A stretch of DNA of 64,000 nucleotides from Octopus sinensis (GCF_006345805.1 NC_043019.1:27651360-27715359), one strand, 5' to 3'; numbered from the stretch's first letter, positions 25,371-38,559 are shown. Translations and numbers: made by a program. Notes: a model not told the origin generated them from the sequence alone.

Positions 25371-25558
25371 ATAAAATTAGGGAGTAAATCCAAACTTACA
25401 GGGAAAAATTTGAATTAGGATTAAATCAAATTTCACAGTATAAATATAGATTAAATTAGAGATAAAACCACTATCGGTCAAATCAAACAGTAAAAAACAT
25501 AAACCAAAACATAGAAATAAATATAATATAAAATATATAAAATATACATATATATGTA

Positions 25559-25615
<57 letters not shown>

Positions 25616-25897
25616 TAATAACATCAAAGGGTAATCGGAAATATTAGAAATTTCCATTACCTATGGCCTATATAGTCAATAGACTATATATTATTCATAT
25701 AAATACAGTGTACATTTAAACACAATAGAGGTATCCATCATAGGACTACCTGCATGCTAGAAAGGACAGTTAAATTCCAAACCACTATTAGGGATAAAAT
25801 TTCAAATGGAATGAAAAATAAAAACATTTACCATCTCTAGCGTGCAGGTAGTCCTATGATGAATAGCTCTTTTGTGTTTAAATGTACACTGTATTTA

Positions 25898-26033
<136 letters not shown>

Positions 26034-26263
26034 GTATATAAAATTAGATAGGGGTTATAATATAACTGCTGTTGTGTAATGGTTTAATAAAGTATTGATT
26101 GGGTATTATCTGATGGTTGACGATTGATTTAGGTATATTTCTCCATTTTCTCATTTTGTATATATATATGTATATATGTATATATATATATGTATATATA
26201 TATATATGTTATATATATATATATAGATATATATATATATATATATATATAGATAGATAGATA

Positions 26264-26304
<41 letters not shown>

Positions 26305-26967
26305 AGATAGATAGATAGAAAGATGGACAGAGAAAGAGAGAAATTGATAAGTAGATACGTTTGCTCCCATTGATGTTTGGGCCTGGTCCTTCAAGGATTT
26401 TCCATGAGATTATGTGTTGCAAGTATGCATAGCTGAATGCATGAGAATATTTAAAAAATTCCTCGATCTGGGAAACATCTTAAATTCCAGGATGGAAGTC
26501 TTTGGACCCTGCTTGCACTTCAGGATATTCCTACTTCCTGGAACCCACAAGCTGACCATGTTGGTTATTGAAAGCAGTCTAAGGAGTTAATCCCTCGTGC
26601 TTAACCCTTCTCCATTGTCCATGTTATTAGCTATGAGGTTTTTTCTCCCTCCACTTTGAAGAGAGGTTATAGGCCATTGGCCTTTAGGGTCTGAAGAGAT
26701 GCTGTAAAGTTAAGCGCTTTATGGATGTGAAAACCTAGGGTAATCCTATAGACCAGCCATAACTATCTTTATCTAATATACACACACACACACACATGCA
26801 CACACACACATGTACATGCAGACTCACACAAACATACATACACATACTTATATAAATGCATATATTTATCTATGTACAAACACATATACACTCATACACC
26901 TGCAAGGTAGATAATCTTGATTAAACCTCCTAGCACTCATCCAAACTCCAGAGCAATCAATCCTTAC

Positions 26968-27005
26968 CTGGTTTATTACATTGTATTCTTGCTTGGGTGC
27001 ATGAA
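26968..27005 (-). CDS. Exon 12: 38-nt exon, SRCR2 end
   Basis: tatttcAG|...|GTAAGG, phase 2-1; SCTQARIQCNKP supplies the last two SRCR cysteines and joins in frame to ECGKQ. Confidence 0.8.
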
Positions 27006-27269
27006 CTGAAATAGAGTAATTGGAACATGATAAAATATGATAAAATGTTATGCCAACAGAAAACTTGCAAAACGTAGAGAAACAACATTCATTTTTGGAT
27101 GCAGAAGGAAAAAGAATATATGTCTTATTTTGGTGGTTTAACAATGAATTTACTAACTTTATGTTGTTGTTGGCAGTATTATATAACCACGATTTAGAAC
27201 CAACTGCAACTGAATGTTCTCCACTAAAGGTAGCCAAAGACCAGTTGATTAGAGGGAGGAATTGAGCGC

Positions 27270-27665
27270 CTTGTTTCCCTGGGCATGGATTCACTGAAGC
27301 TCCGACGTCGGGCGACGGACTTGGCAAACACCCACAAAGTTATCAACCACCTCACCAACAACAATACTGAACACCTTTTTGATCTCCATGTGTCTAACAC
27401 ACGTGGACATGCCTACAAAGTCAGAAAACAACACAGCTCCCATGTCTTTCGGAAACATTTTTTCACGCTCAGAGTTGCTGAAGCATGGAACAAACTGCCT
27501 GTGTCAGTTGTTGACTGCCATGACACTGCATCCGTTAAGGCTCTCATGCTTTCCGAAATCCGCCGAAACTACACCTGATTATATATACACTTTAGATGAG
27601 TTGTAGTGCACCTGAGCACTGTACACAATTATTATTATTATCATTATTATTATTATTATTATTAT
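27270..27665 (+). mobile_element. CR1/L2-type LINE 3' end with (ATT)n tail
   Basis: SLKLRRRATDL...LF...TRGHAYKV...RKHFFTLRVAEAWNKLP (CR1 RT C-terminal motif), then UTR and attatt tail. Confidence 0.85.
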
Positions 27666-27709
27666 AACAGGTAGAAGTCATCCATCAGGTTTATACACTC
27701 TGTGTGTGC

Positions 27710-27753
<44 letters not shown>

Positions 27754-27882
27754 AAGTGTGTGTGTGTGCATGTGTGTCTATATATTTGTTTGTACTCATA
27801 ATTAGATAACTAAAGGTTAATTATATTTTTTGATAGTTTTTAATTGAAATAATTAATTTAGCAGAAGTAAAAATGTACTCAC

Positions 27883-27990
27883 CCTACTGTAGACAGTTTG
27901 TAGGGGCCAAACACTGATCTTGCTGTTTCATCATAAGTAGCCATGACACCTTTACTGACATTCTTGCCCATTAATGATACATCCAACACA
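27883..27990 (-). CDS. Exon 11: SRCR2 part 2
   Basis: cttacaAG|...|GTGAGT, phase 2-2, 108 nt; the only open frame matches the flanking phases; VLDVSLMGKNVSKGVMATYDETARSVFGPYKLSTVG. Confidence 0.75.
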
Positions 27991-28372
27991 CTTGTAAGAA
28001 AAAATAGAAAGGAACAAAATAATATACACAGTTGCATATATAATTACACACACACACACACACACATTTCTTTTCTCTCTCCCCAACTGTTTTCTTTCCT
28101 CATTCCTTTCTGCTGAAAAGTGGAGGCTTGATATGTCAAAGAATCCTCCATTTTTTCTGAACAGCAAACTAATACACCATTTTCATTGTTTCCTGACCTG
28201 TCTCTGTTACACACACACACCACACACACACACACATCTTGACCTTACATCTTTCTTTTTCTTACTCTCTTTCCAAATAGAACCAATGTCAAACCAGACA
28301 TAGAACCTGGCAGTCCAACTCATGCCAGTATGGAAAAGGGGATGTTAAATGCTGCTGCTACTGATGATATAT

Positions 28373-28455
<83 letters not shown>

Positions 28456-28882
28456 ACACACACACATATGAGGTGCATTCAAAAAGTATCTGACTTTATT
28501 TTTCCAACAGAAACAAATGCTGTGTGAGCAAAATTCTTTGGGTGGGAAGTGATGCCATGCTTTGTGCATATGCATGAAAATTTTTGCCCTGGCAGGCCAT
28601 ATCCGTTTCTGGCAGTTATGCTTAGAGTACAGACATGTAGTGCACACTTGGGTTTTCTTTTTCATGCAAGATGACTGAATGCATGAACTTTTGCCAAATG
28701 CTTGGTGAGATTCATATTCAAACTATACAGAAGATTCAGCAGGCCTTTAGTAATGATACCAAGGGTAAAACTCATAAATGGTACAGCCACTTCAAACATG
28801 GTTGGACTTCAGTGATGAGCAAGACACACTCAGGCAGACTGTCCACAAACTGAAATGAGGAGCCAATTGAGAAGATTTGGCG

Positions 28883-29360
28883 AATACTGATAGGGCACAG
28901 ATAGTGTGTCTATAGCCAGCTGGAGGAGATATCTTCCTGGGGCTACAAACTACAGTAGCATCCACCCTTAGGGGTTAGCCATATTCAAATGGCAAATATG
29001 CGTCACAATGTGTTACTGCAACTGTTTATAACTCGCTCTGAGATTTATCATTGTTTGATTTCACTTTTTCAATATCAGTGTCAATCGACACTGGAAAAAG
29101 TATATGTATTTGTGAAGGGAGCTAACTTCTCGTCGACAACTGTGATTGTCACACGCTGATGATAGGTAAACACCTTGAAACTCGAGTCCATGTGTATCAT
29201 AAGTTGAAGACGGGGAGGATGACTTCCCTTCACAAATACTGATAGGGCACAGATAGTGTGTCTATAGCCAGCCGGAGGAGATATCTTCCTGGGGCTACAA
29301 ACTACAGTAGCATCCACCCTTAGGGGTTAGCCATATTCAAATGGCAAATATGCGTCACAA
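28883..29360 (+). mobile_element. Retrozyme-like / Penelope-pLTR-like insert: 126-bp direct repeats around a hammerhead
   Basis: 28883-29008 equals 29235-29360 with one mismatch seen; period 352 bp; hammerhead at 29143-29199. Confidence 0.7.
29143..29199 (+). ncRNA. Minimal type I hammerhead ribozyme in a retrozyme-like unit
   Basis: CACACG-CTGATGA-T-AGGT-AAAC-ACCT-T-GAAA-C-TCGA-GTC-CATGTG: core intact, palindromic TCGA loop, GUC site; U-U at the base of stem II and one stem I mismatch. Confidence 0.7.
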
Positions 29361-29609
29361 GTAAGACCATCATATAGCAAACCATGGAAATTGCTTACAA
29401 AGTGGGAATAAGCACAGGATCAGTACATTCCATTTTAATGGAGGATTCGTGTATGTGGAGAGTGTTAGCAAAATTTGTCTCCAAGGTGCTTGCAGATCAG
29501 CAGAAGCAACTTCACATGAAAATCACTCATGCTGGACTGGGCAAACCATGACCCAGACTTCATGAAGACTGTCATCACTGGCGATGAGATATGAGTTTAT
29601 GGTCTTTGC

Positions 29610-30133
29610 TCAATGTGTTCAGTCATCTTGCATGTAAGCAAAATCTGACGGGCATGCACTGCACATCTACACTTTAGGCATAATATCCAGGAGCTGACAG
29701 GGCCTGCTGGTAGGAAACTTTTCAAGAATGCACAGGAAGATATCACCTTCTGCCCAAAAGTGGAAGTGGTAGACCCAAGAAGACATGGGATGAGGTAGAG
29801 AATTATGAACTTCAGATGTTGAGTCCCACAGAAGTGATGACAAGTGATCAAGACCTTTGGCGATTTGCTGTGCTTGAAAAGACACATCAAGCCAAGTGAA
29901 ATCACAATTGTGGCCCGTGCCAGTGATATATAAAAGTCACCCATGATGGTGATACATGAAAGGTATCCACTACACTCAGTGGAATGGTTGGTGTTACGAA
30001 GGGCATCTAGGCATAGAAGCCAAGCCAAAACAAACTGGAGCCTGGTGCAGCTCTCTAGCTTACCACTTCCAGTCAAACAATCTAACCCATGCCAGCAAGG
30101 AAAACAGATGCTAAATGATGATGATGATGAATG

Positions 30134-30171
<38 letters not shown>

Positions 30172-30190
30172 TGATGATGATGATGATGAT
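29610..30190 (+). mobile_element. RTE-type LINE 3' end (ORF end, UTR, (GAT)n tail)
   Basis: GRPKKTW.EV....L...TEVMTSDQDLWRFAVLEKTHQAK* followed directly by the gaagggcatc...aacccatgccagc...gatgat UTR; related coding fragment at 48080-48410. Confidence 0.8.
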
Positions 30191-30329
30191 ATGCACACAT
30201 ACAGAAGAACTGGAATTAAGTGTATCATATACATAACAAGATTTGTAGGTAAAGGGGCAGAGAGAAATATGGGAGACACATTAGAAAATAAAAGGAGAGG
30301 AAAGAAACAGATCCAAAATTGAAACTTAC

Positions 30330-30453
30330 CCCTGTGCAGTGTTCATGCAGACAGTACTATAAATGCCAGCATTACTTTTATTTGTATCAACACATAAAGG
30401 AAGGATCTCTCCTGCATGGAACACGGACACATGTCCTTTGGAATCTTTGCTTA
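30330..30453 (-). CDS. Exon 10: SRCR2 (divergent) part 1
   Basis: cctttcAG|...|GTAAGT, phase 1-2, 124 nt; SKDSKGHVSVFHAGEILPLCVDTNKSNAGIYSTVCMNTAQG. Confidence 0.85.
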
Positions 30454-31149
30454 CTGAAAGGAAATGGAAAAACAGAAAAATGTAAAGAAGGTATTGCTCA
30501 TGTGTTAGTGTACTTGTGTGTGTGTGTAATTGTGAGTGTGTGTGTATGTGTGAATGTGCATGAGTGTATGCATTTGTGTGTATGAGTACATGTAAGAACA
30601 AGTATGTTTATGAGTGTGTTGGTGTGCGAGTGCATATAAATGTGTCTGAGTGCATGAGTGAGTGTCTGTGTGAAGGCATGTGTGTTTGTGTGGATGTGTG
30701 GATGTATGTGAGTGCATGTGAGTATGTTGTGTGGAGATGAGTGTGTGCATGTCTGTGTGTGCAGGTGTGGGTGTGGGTGTGAATGTAGGTATGTAAGTGT
30801 GTATGCAGATGCTCTCTCTTTCTCTGTCTCTTCAGGGGTAACATTCTCCATGCTTTGCTGAGTGAAAGGTAGGAGGATCAAGAGGCTGTCTATATTTGTT
30901 TATGACTATATAAGCATCTAAAACAATTAGTGAAAGTATGTCCCAACAACCGATTCGTACTAGCTTCTGATTGACAGCTGTTTATGGAAGCATGTGTGAT
31001 GCCTCCATAATTTAAGTGTTGGATTCTGTGAATGTGTGGAAAGGAATTTTATCTCAATACTGTTTATTGAACCACTCTGTTTATCTTTGGCATGCTGGTA
31101 GAGTACTGATGTTGATTTCTTTTCATTGTATTCACTCCAATAATACCTA

Positions 31150-31382
31150 TTTCTTTACTACCCACAAGGGGCTAAACACAGAGGGGACAAACAAGGACAG
31201 ACAAATGGACTAAGTCGATTAGATCGATCCCAGTGCGTAACTGGTACTTAATTTATCGACCCTGAAAGGATGAAAAGCAAAGTCAACCTCAGCGGAATTT
31301 GAACTCAGAACGTAACGGCATCCGAAATATTGCTAAGCATTTCGCCCAGCATGCTAACGATTCTGCCAGCTCGCCGCCTTAT
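31150..31382 (-). mobile_element. SINE family B
   Basis: Matches 9259-9490. Confidence 0.8.
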
Positions 31383-31918
31383 CACTCCAATAATACCCTC
31401 TATTCTTTCACCTAAGCTACGCATCATTTCTCCTTTACATGTTGTGGCAGCATTCTTACATTGTTCTTCCATGCATCTCGTAAGGTATACTACAACTCCT
31501 TTGACTTTACAGTTTATCTGTTGGATTCTTTAAACAAAACTTGCACTTGTTATCAACAATCTGTAAGCTAGTTCTCCTTTAAGACTAGTGACAAATAAAA
31601 TTATTCTTTGTAACTTATCGTATTATAATTCTGCTTACACCTAGTTTCTTACTTTCTAATCTGTTCCGGAATTTTTTTCAATACACTGGACATACTCCAT
31701 TTACATCACTGGCTCATTTGGATGCTAACTCTGATTCTGTCCTGTTGGCTCTATCGAGAGGATTGCATTCAATGGATAAAATCTTCAATATACATTTCTA
31801 GTTCAGATGGTCAACACAGCACTCACTCCATATCATTGCTTATACTCAGATATACTCACACACGCACACACATACATACACACACCCTCACTCACACAAA
31901 CACACATACACACACACA

Positions 31919-31950
<32 letters not shown>

Positions 31951-31974
31951 AATAAGCAGGTACAACCATACACA

Positions 31975-32015
<41 letters not shown>

Positions 32016-32064
32016 TCAATTCAGCAGTTGTTGGAGGTGTGTAAAGAAATATTGGACAACTTAC

Positions 32065-32175
32065 TGCAGTTTATTTCATCAGAGGCATCTTTACAGTCAG
32101 TTCTGCCATCACAATACTTCGAAGAAGGAATGCATTCTTTATTTTTGCAATAAAACTCATTGTTTTGACATTTTG
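32065..32175 (-). CDS. Exon 9: LDLa3
   Basis: ttgcAG|...|GTAAGT, phase 1-1, 111 nt; [36 protein letters not shown]. Confidence 0.95.
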
Positions 32176-32523
32176 CTGCAACAATCCAATAACGCCACAA
32201 ATAAATAAATAATAAATATAAAGTAAAACAATAAATAAAATAAGGGAACACAATAGTGAAACATAATGAGGTTGTTGTTATTGTTTAGCTCCTTATCCTA
32301 TTGTACACACACACAGACACACATGCATGTGGATATGCATAAACACTAAGTCATGTACAGAAATATCCCAACAGTTAGATACGCACACACACACAAAAAC
32401 ACACATGTACGTATGTCTGTATTAAACTGATGCATGGAAATGCACACATAGACTGATCCACACATACACACACAAACCTATAACTCAGATGTAAAAATGA
32501 CCAAATGGAATGATAATGAGGAT

Positions 32524-32556
<33 letters not shown>

Positions 32557-32895
32557 TTAGCGTCCGCTTTCCATGCTAGCATGGGTTGGACGGTTCAACT
32601 GGGGTCTGTGAAGCCAGAAGGCTGCATCAGGCCCAGTCTGATCTGGCAGTGTTTCTACGGCTGGATGCCCTTCCTAACGCCAACCACTCGGTGAGTGTAG
32701 TGGGTGCTTTTTATGTGCCACCCGCACAGGTGCCAGACGGAGCTGGCAAACGGCCACGGACGGATGGTGCTTTTTATGTGCCACCGGCATGGGGGCCAGG
32801 CGAGGCTGGCAACGGCCACGAACGGATGGTGCTTTTACGTGCCACCGGCACGGGGGCCAGGCGAGGCTGACAACGGCCACGAACGGATGGTGCTA
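32524..32895 (-). mobile_element. RTE-tail-type element with about 3 internal 61-bp repeats
   Basis: (CAT)n tail; cggatggtgcttttacgtgccaccggcacgggggccaggcgaggctggcaacggccacgaa repeated at 32700-32895. Confidence 0.8.
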
Positions 32896-33099
32896 CGGAT
32901 AATGATAATTATAATGTTCAATGCCGGTAAGGGTCTGAATGTTTGCCAGGAGATGAGAGGTTAAAGTATGGGGAAGAGAAATAGGTATCTGGCATTAAAC
33001 CCTTTAGTATTTAGATTACTCTCTCAAATGTAACACTTATTTATTCACATTGTTTTGAATTACTCAGGCATTGTCTTGTACTCTTTTTTCTTTCTTCTT

Positions 33100-33301
33100 T
33101 TTACTTTTTTCAGTCATTTGACTGCGGCCATGCTGGAGCACCGCCTTTCAGTCGAGCAAATCGACCCCAGGTCTTATTCTTTGTAAGCCTAGTACTTATT
33201 CTATCGGTCTCTTTTGCCGAACCGCTATGTAACGGGGACGTAAACATACCAGCATCGGTTATCAAGCGATGTTGGAGGGGCAAACACAGACACACAAACA
33301 C

Positions 33302-33364
<63 letters not shown>

Positions 33365-33531
33365 GATACGACAGGCTTCTTTCAGTTTCCGTCTACCAAA
33401 TCCACTCACAAGTCTTCGGTCGGCCTGAGGCTATAGTAGAAGACACTTTCCCAAGGTGCCACACAGTGGGACTGAACCCGGAACCGTGTGGTTGGTAAGC
33501 AGGCTACTTATCACACAGCCACTCCTGCACC
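33100..33531 (-). mobile_element. SINE family A
   Basis: Full-length match to 13478-13880. Confidence 0.85.
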
Positions 33532-34472
33532 TTTAAGATTTCAATGATCTGACTGTATATTTTTAGAATGACATTGTAGGGTAGGTATGCGATGTCAGAT
33601 CTGGCCATCTTGATCAGAAAACAAGTAGCACATTTGGGCTGAATATGGCCAGTTTAAATGCTAAAGGGTTAATAGAGATACACGCCTTCCTCAATAGGAG
33701 AAAGAAAGGGAGAGATCATTGTCATTACCACCACCACCACCACCACCACCAATGCCACCACTTCAAAACAGACATATCATTGACAATACTTAGCTGTCAG
33801 GTGTAAGACATAAGATCAGATCATGGGGAAATGTTAGCCAAAATAGACTGGTTTTTTATCCAGGAAGAGATTTCATCTCCCATGTGCTTAAAAAAAGAAC
33901 CCCAGCTTGATACATTGTGTCTGAATATGTTTAATCATATGCTTGACTAGCTGCAGCAGCTATGGCAGCAACAATAACAACAACAACTTAAGTAATCACC
34001 ACAATAAGAACAATAGCAGCAACAAAAATAAACACGACAGGAATAATAATAACAAAACCAGCAGCAAAATTTGAACTAGGATCACATGACCTGATAGAAA
34101 TAGCAGCCAATTCTCCCTTAACTCTTTAGCATTTAAACCAGCTCAAATAATTTCACTATTTTATGTTTATAATGACCAGATTTGGCTTCTCACTGCTACC
34201 CTAAAATGTCATTCTAAATATAAAGAATCACATCACTGAAATGTTGAAGCTATGAGATAATACATGATTAATTCAGTATGAATAAATATTACATTTGGTT
34301 GATTAATCTGAATGCTAAATGGTTAAAAAATATTATACTATCTTTAAAAGAGTAGAATACATTCAGTAGAGTAGTCCTAGATCCATTGTGGTCATAGCTG
34401 GAACTTTTTGATGAGAGCTAAACAACAACAGCAACAACAACTATTACAAACTGAAGGAAATTGTTAACTTAC

Positions 34473-34598
34473 AGCAGTTTTTCTCATCAGAGTGATCAGG
34501 ACAATCATAGTCACCGTCGCAGAACTGATCCTCAAATAGACAATAGGTGAAGGTCATATTGCTAGATTGTGGACATGGTGTTTTGGAAGTCGCACAGG
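34473..34598 (-). CDS. Exon 8: LDLa2
   Basis: cataAG|...|GTAAGT, phase 1-1, 126 nt; CATSKTPCPQSSNMTFTYCLFEDQFCDGDYDCPDHSDEKNC. Not in the ORF track. Confidence 0.92.
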
Positions 34599-34650
34599 CT
34601 TATGATTTAATAATGTATTTTGTGGTTTGGTTTGGTTTGGTTTGAATAAA

Positions 34651-34712
<62 letters not shown>

Positions 34713-34732
34713 AATAATAACAGCAACAACAG

Positions 34733-34826
<94 letters not shown>

Positions 34827-35050
34827 TTCAAATTTTAGCAATAATAATGATTTCACGAGGTCAGCAAATTCGAAATAGGTGTTAAGTTGATTACATCGGC
34901 CCCAGGATTCAGATGGTTCTTATTTTATCAACTCCCAAAAGGATGAAAGTCGACCTCAGTGGAATTTGAAATTAGAATATGAAGAGAAAGTGCCGTTAAA
35001 TATTTTGCCCAGTGTGCTAATGATTCTGTCAGCTCACTGCCTTAATAGCA

Positions 35051-35097
<47 letters not shown>

Positions 35098-37271
35098 TGA
35101 AATACACATGTGGCATCTCAAAGCAAAAACTGTTCATGTTCTTGGTATGATAAAAAAAAAGGGATGTTAGAAACATCTAGATAACATCCTAGGAGACACA
35201 TCTCACAACAAAATACAAAAGATTGTGTTGACAAGTACTATCTATATTCTTAAAAAACCCCTAAGAAAAATGCACATGTACCAGACACACACACACACAC
35301 ACGCACACACGTACATACAGCAGATACACACACACACACATCAGGTACACATAACTGACCAACAAAATAATGTTGCTAATAACCCATACCCCACTTCACA
35401 GACTAAGAGTCACCAGCTATTCACCAAAATCCTGGCCTGACATGAGGTCCCAAGAATAAAGATTGGAACTGATGTTGATAACATATCAAATAACTCCATG
35501 TGGCCTACATAGACCAATATGGCCCACATCTAGAGACTATCTTGGACTTATCATGTTCAGTCTCTACAAGCCTAATAAGATAGGTTCATTTGATGAACCT
35601 AAAGTTGTATAGAGGCAATTGCATGGAGCCATATACTTGACTGCTAAATCTACAAGTTTTTTTTTCATTCTCTCTCTCTTTATTTTCTCTTATTCCTTTG
35701 TATTGAAGAATGTAGGCTTGGAATGTAAATGACTTTTTCATTTCTCCATAAAAAGAAAGAATTAAATAAATATATAATTTAAAAAAAAATAAGAATAAAA
35801 ATAATAATAAAAATAAAAATAAAATATATATTTATTTACTTTTATATGTATAATTTTACCCTTACGGGCTATCCTTTACTGGAAAGCAATACTTTCGTAT
35901 TGCATTACTATTTTCATTGAAACTTCTTCACTGTTCTCGTTCTGTTAACGTTTTGGCGTTCAGACGAGTGTACTGGCATAGATGTGGCAACATTTGAAAT
36001 GTTGTCGAGGTTTATGCAGCTGATGATGACAAATCAAATATACGTTGGCAAACGTATTTTGAAGAGTCTGAAACCGGTACTGCATTATCCGTTTCTAGGT
36101 TTTTCATTTTTCAGATGTTCTTCCTAGAGGTAAGATAATTTTTTTCATGTTTGTTGCAGACACGCATCTTTACTAGTACATACGCAGTGAAGTACATACA
36201 TTAGCGTCGTATTTATTACAATTGCTATTTTCCAGTAAATATCGGTGCTTCGTTGTGCCATTTATTTACTTTTATATGCGTATATATATATAAAAATTTA
36301 TAAGTATAAATTAATGATTTAAAAATTTTTTAAATTTTAACTTTAAATTTAAATAATTTAAATTTTGAATTTTATATTTTTTATATATTTTCTATATTAT
36401 ATTAATTAATTTTATTTCTATGTTTTGGTTTATGTTTTGCACTGTTTGATTTGCCTAATAGTGGTTTTATCTCTAATTTAATATATACATACATATATAT
36501 ACATATATATACATACACACACACACACACATATAATTCCAAGAGAGTTAGAGATTGTGAATCCAACCAACTAAGGGATAATATCTATCCAAAAGTATCT
36601 TGATTAATACCTGGAAATTTATTACTTTAAATACCGACTAATATCACAGGTATTAATATAAACTCTAACCCACTTATTGTGGGCCATTACCTCAAGCCCT
36701 CAATAGAAAATATATCGCAAATTTATATGCATATATATGTATGTTTGTGTATAATTATTATAATTATATAAAAAGAGAAATACAAACTTCTATAGTAATC
36801 CTCCCTTCTCAACATAGGAAATATGTATGTTGCCTTTGAGTATGTTCTAGTTAATGGTAATAAATCAATTAATGTTAGACAATCTACTAGATGCCCATAT
36901 ATCTAGCTTTATCTACAGAAAAGGGTAGGTTATAGGGTTAGTAGCAAAGGAATGCTTGAAGGGGAAGGGATGTTAAATGGAAGAAAGAAGGATAGGGGCA
37001 GCCTATACTTATTTAAATTATCATATTAAAAAGGAATATAATGAAAATCAAAAGGGATAAGTAATATAAACTTTAGGGATGGAATTTAGAATTGAAGGAT
37101 ACAGAAGGTAGTAATTTATAATATTAAATTGAGAAAATTTGAATCAATATATAGAATAAGGATAGAAATTAAATTTGAAACCTAATAATGGGATATGTTA
37201 ATATAAAAGAAAAACTATTAAGACTTTTTCTAAACAGTGTATAGAAAGAACATGATAAAACCATTCTATAA

Positions 37272-37302
<31 letters not shown>

Positions 37303-37527
37303 CATACATTGGTTGTTTTATTCCAATTAGATTTTAAAATTTAAAATCTGAGTAAAACCAATATGGTTCTATAAACAACTGAAGAGTAGAGATTGAAAAA
37401 TTCAAATAAAAAATATTTTAAGAAAAAAAAAAAAAAGAAATTTTAACTCTAATCAAACTTCTGAAAGAAAATCTGAAACTCAAATTCAATTTGATTAAAA
37501 AATGAAACAAAACAGAAATATACTCAC

Positions 37528-37694
37528 TTGTATTATAACAGACCAATCCCACATCAGACAAAGGATGGCTAATTTTTTCCATACGGTCCAAATTGCAGTC
37601 TTGTATTCTGCTTTCATTGCCAAAACACTTGACTTTCCACAATGTGCCAACACCATAGTGGTATTTGCCAAATCCTATACTCTGAGCGTATCCC
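37528..37694 (-). CDS. Exon 7: SRCR1 C-terminal part
   Basis: tatccAG|...|GTGAGT, phase 2-1, 167 nt; LWKVKCFGNESRIQDC...HPLSDVGLVC. Confidence 0.93.
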
Positions 37695-37816
37695 CTGGAT
37701 AAAAGAAAGAAAGCTACTAATGAAACTGTAGTTTTATTATTATCATTATCATTATTATCATCATCATCATCATTATTATTTTGATAACTCTTCAACAAAA
37801 ACTGTTTAAAACTTAC

Positions 37817-37970
37817 GTGAATCCTAATTGCTTGCAAGCAACATTTGCACTGACTTCACTCCATTGTAACGCATAGACTCTACCCCACGATCCATTAACC
37901 AAAACTTCCACTCGACCTTTGTCTCCAGTGGTAATCCCATCAACCAACCGTATATCCTTTGAGAAGCTAG
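37817..37970 (-). CDS. Exon 6: SRCR1 N-terminal part
   Basis: ttgcAG|...|GTAAGT, phase 1-2, 154 nt; DIRLVDGITTGDKGRVEVLVNGSWGRVYALQWSEVSANVACKQLGF. Confidence 0.95.
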
Positions 37971-38047
37971 CTGCAAAATAGAAATATGGAGGATAAATAA
38001 AAAGAAAGAGGGAATGAATAGATGAAAAAATAAATGTTATGCATGTA

Positions 38048-38435
38048 GGCACAGGAGTGGCTGTGTGGTAAGTAGCTTGCTAACCAACCACATGGTTCCG
38101 GGTTCAGTCCCACTGCATGGCACCTTGGGCAAGTGTCTTCTACTATAGCCTTGGGCCAACCAAAGCCTTGTGAGAGGATTTGGTAGACGGAAACTGAAAG
38201 AAGCCCGTCGTATATATTATATATGTGTGTTTGTGTGTCTGTTTGTCCTCCCAACATCGCTTGACAACTGATGCTGGTGTGTCTACGTCCCCGTAACTTA
38301 GCGGTTCGGCAAAAGAGAACCGATAGAATAAGTACTAGGCTTACAAAGAATAAGTCCTGGGGTCGATTTGTTCGACTAAAGGCGGTGCTCCAGCATGGCC
38401 GCAGTCAAATGACTGAAACAAGTAAAAAGAGAAAG
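38048..38435 (+). mobile_element. SINE family A
   Basis: ggcacaggagtggctgtgtggtaagtagc head through gcagtcaaatgactgaaacaagtaaaaagag. Confidence 0.85.
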
Positions 38436-38559
38436 AGAAATACCCACAATCTGCATGCCCACAATATCTGCACTTGTTCACGCACTAGTCAAAACATGGG
38501 CATAAATACATACACAACTGAGAAATAATTATACATGTACACACACAAACATCAGACAC

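Larger units (their letters stand above)
28469..29606 (+). mobile_element. Mariner (Tc1/mariner) remnant interrupted by a 478-bp insert
   Basis: TA|tgaggtgcattcaaaaagt TIR; MTECMNFC..LG...QAF...W...FK.G..S...SGR; after the insert EIAYKVGIS...FVSKVL...VITGDE(W)VYG. Confidence 0.85.

Noticed and set aside
30830-30910. Candidate exon DAYIVINKYRQPLDPP
   Set aside because: Runs into a stop without a credible donor.
32700-32895. Regularly spaced GC-rich repeats resembling a CRISPR array
   Set aside because: Head-to-tail units with no unique spacers, in a eukaryotic retroposon, with no cas genes.
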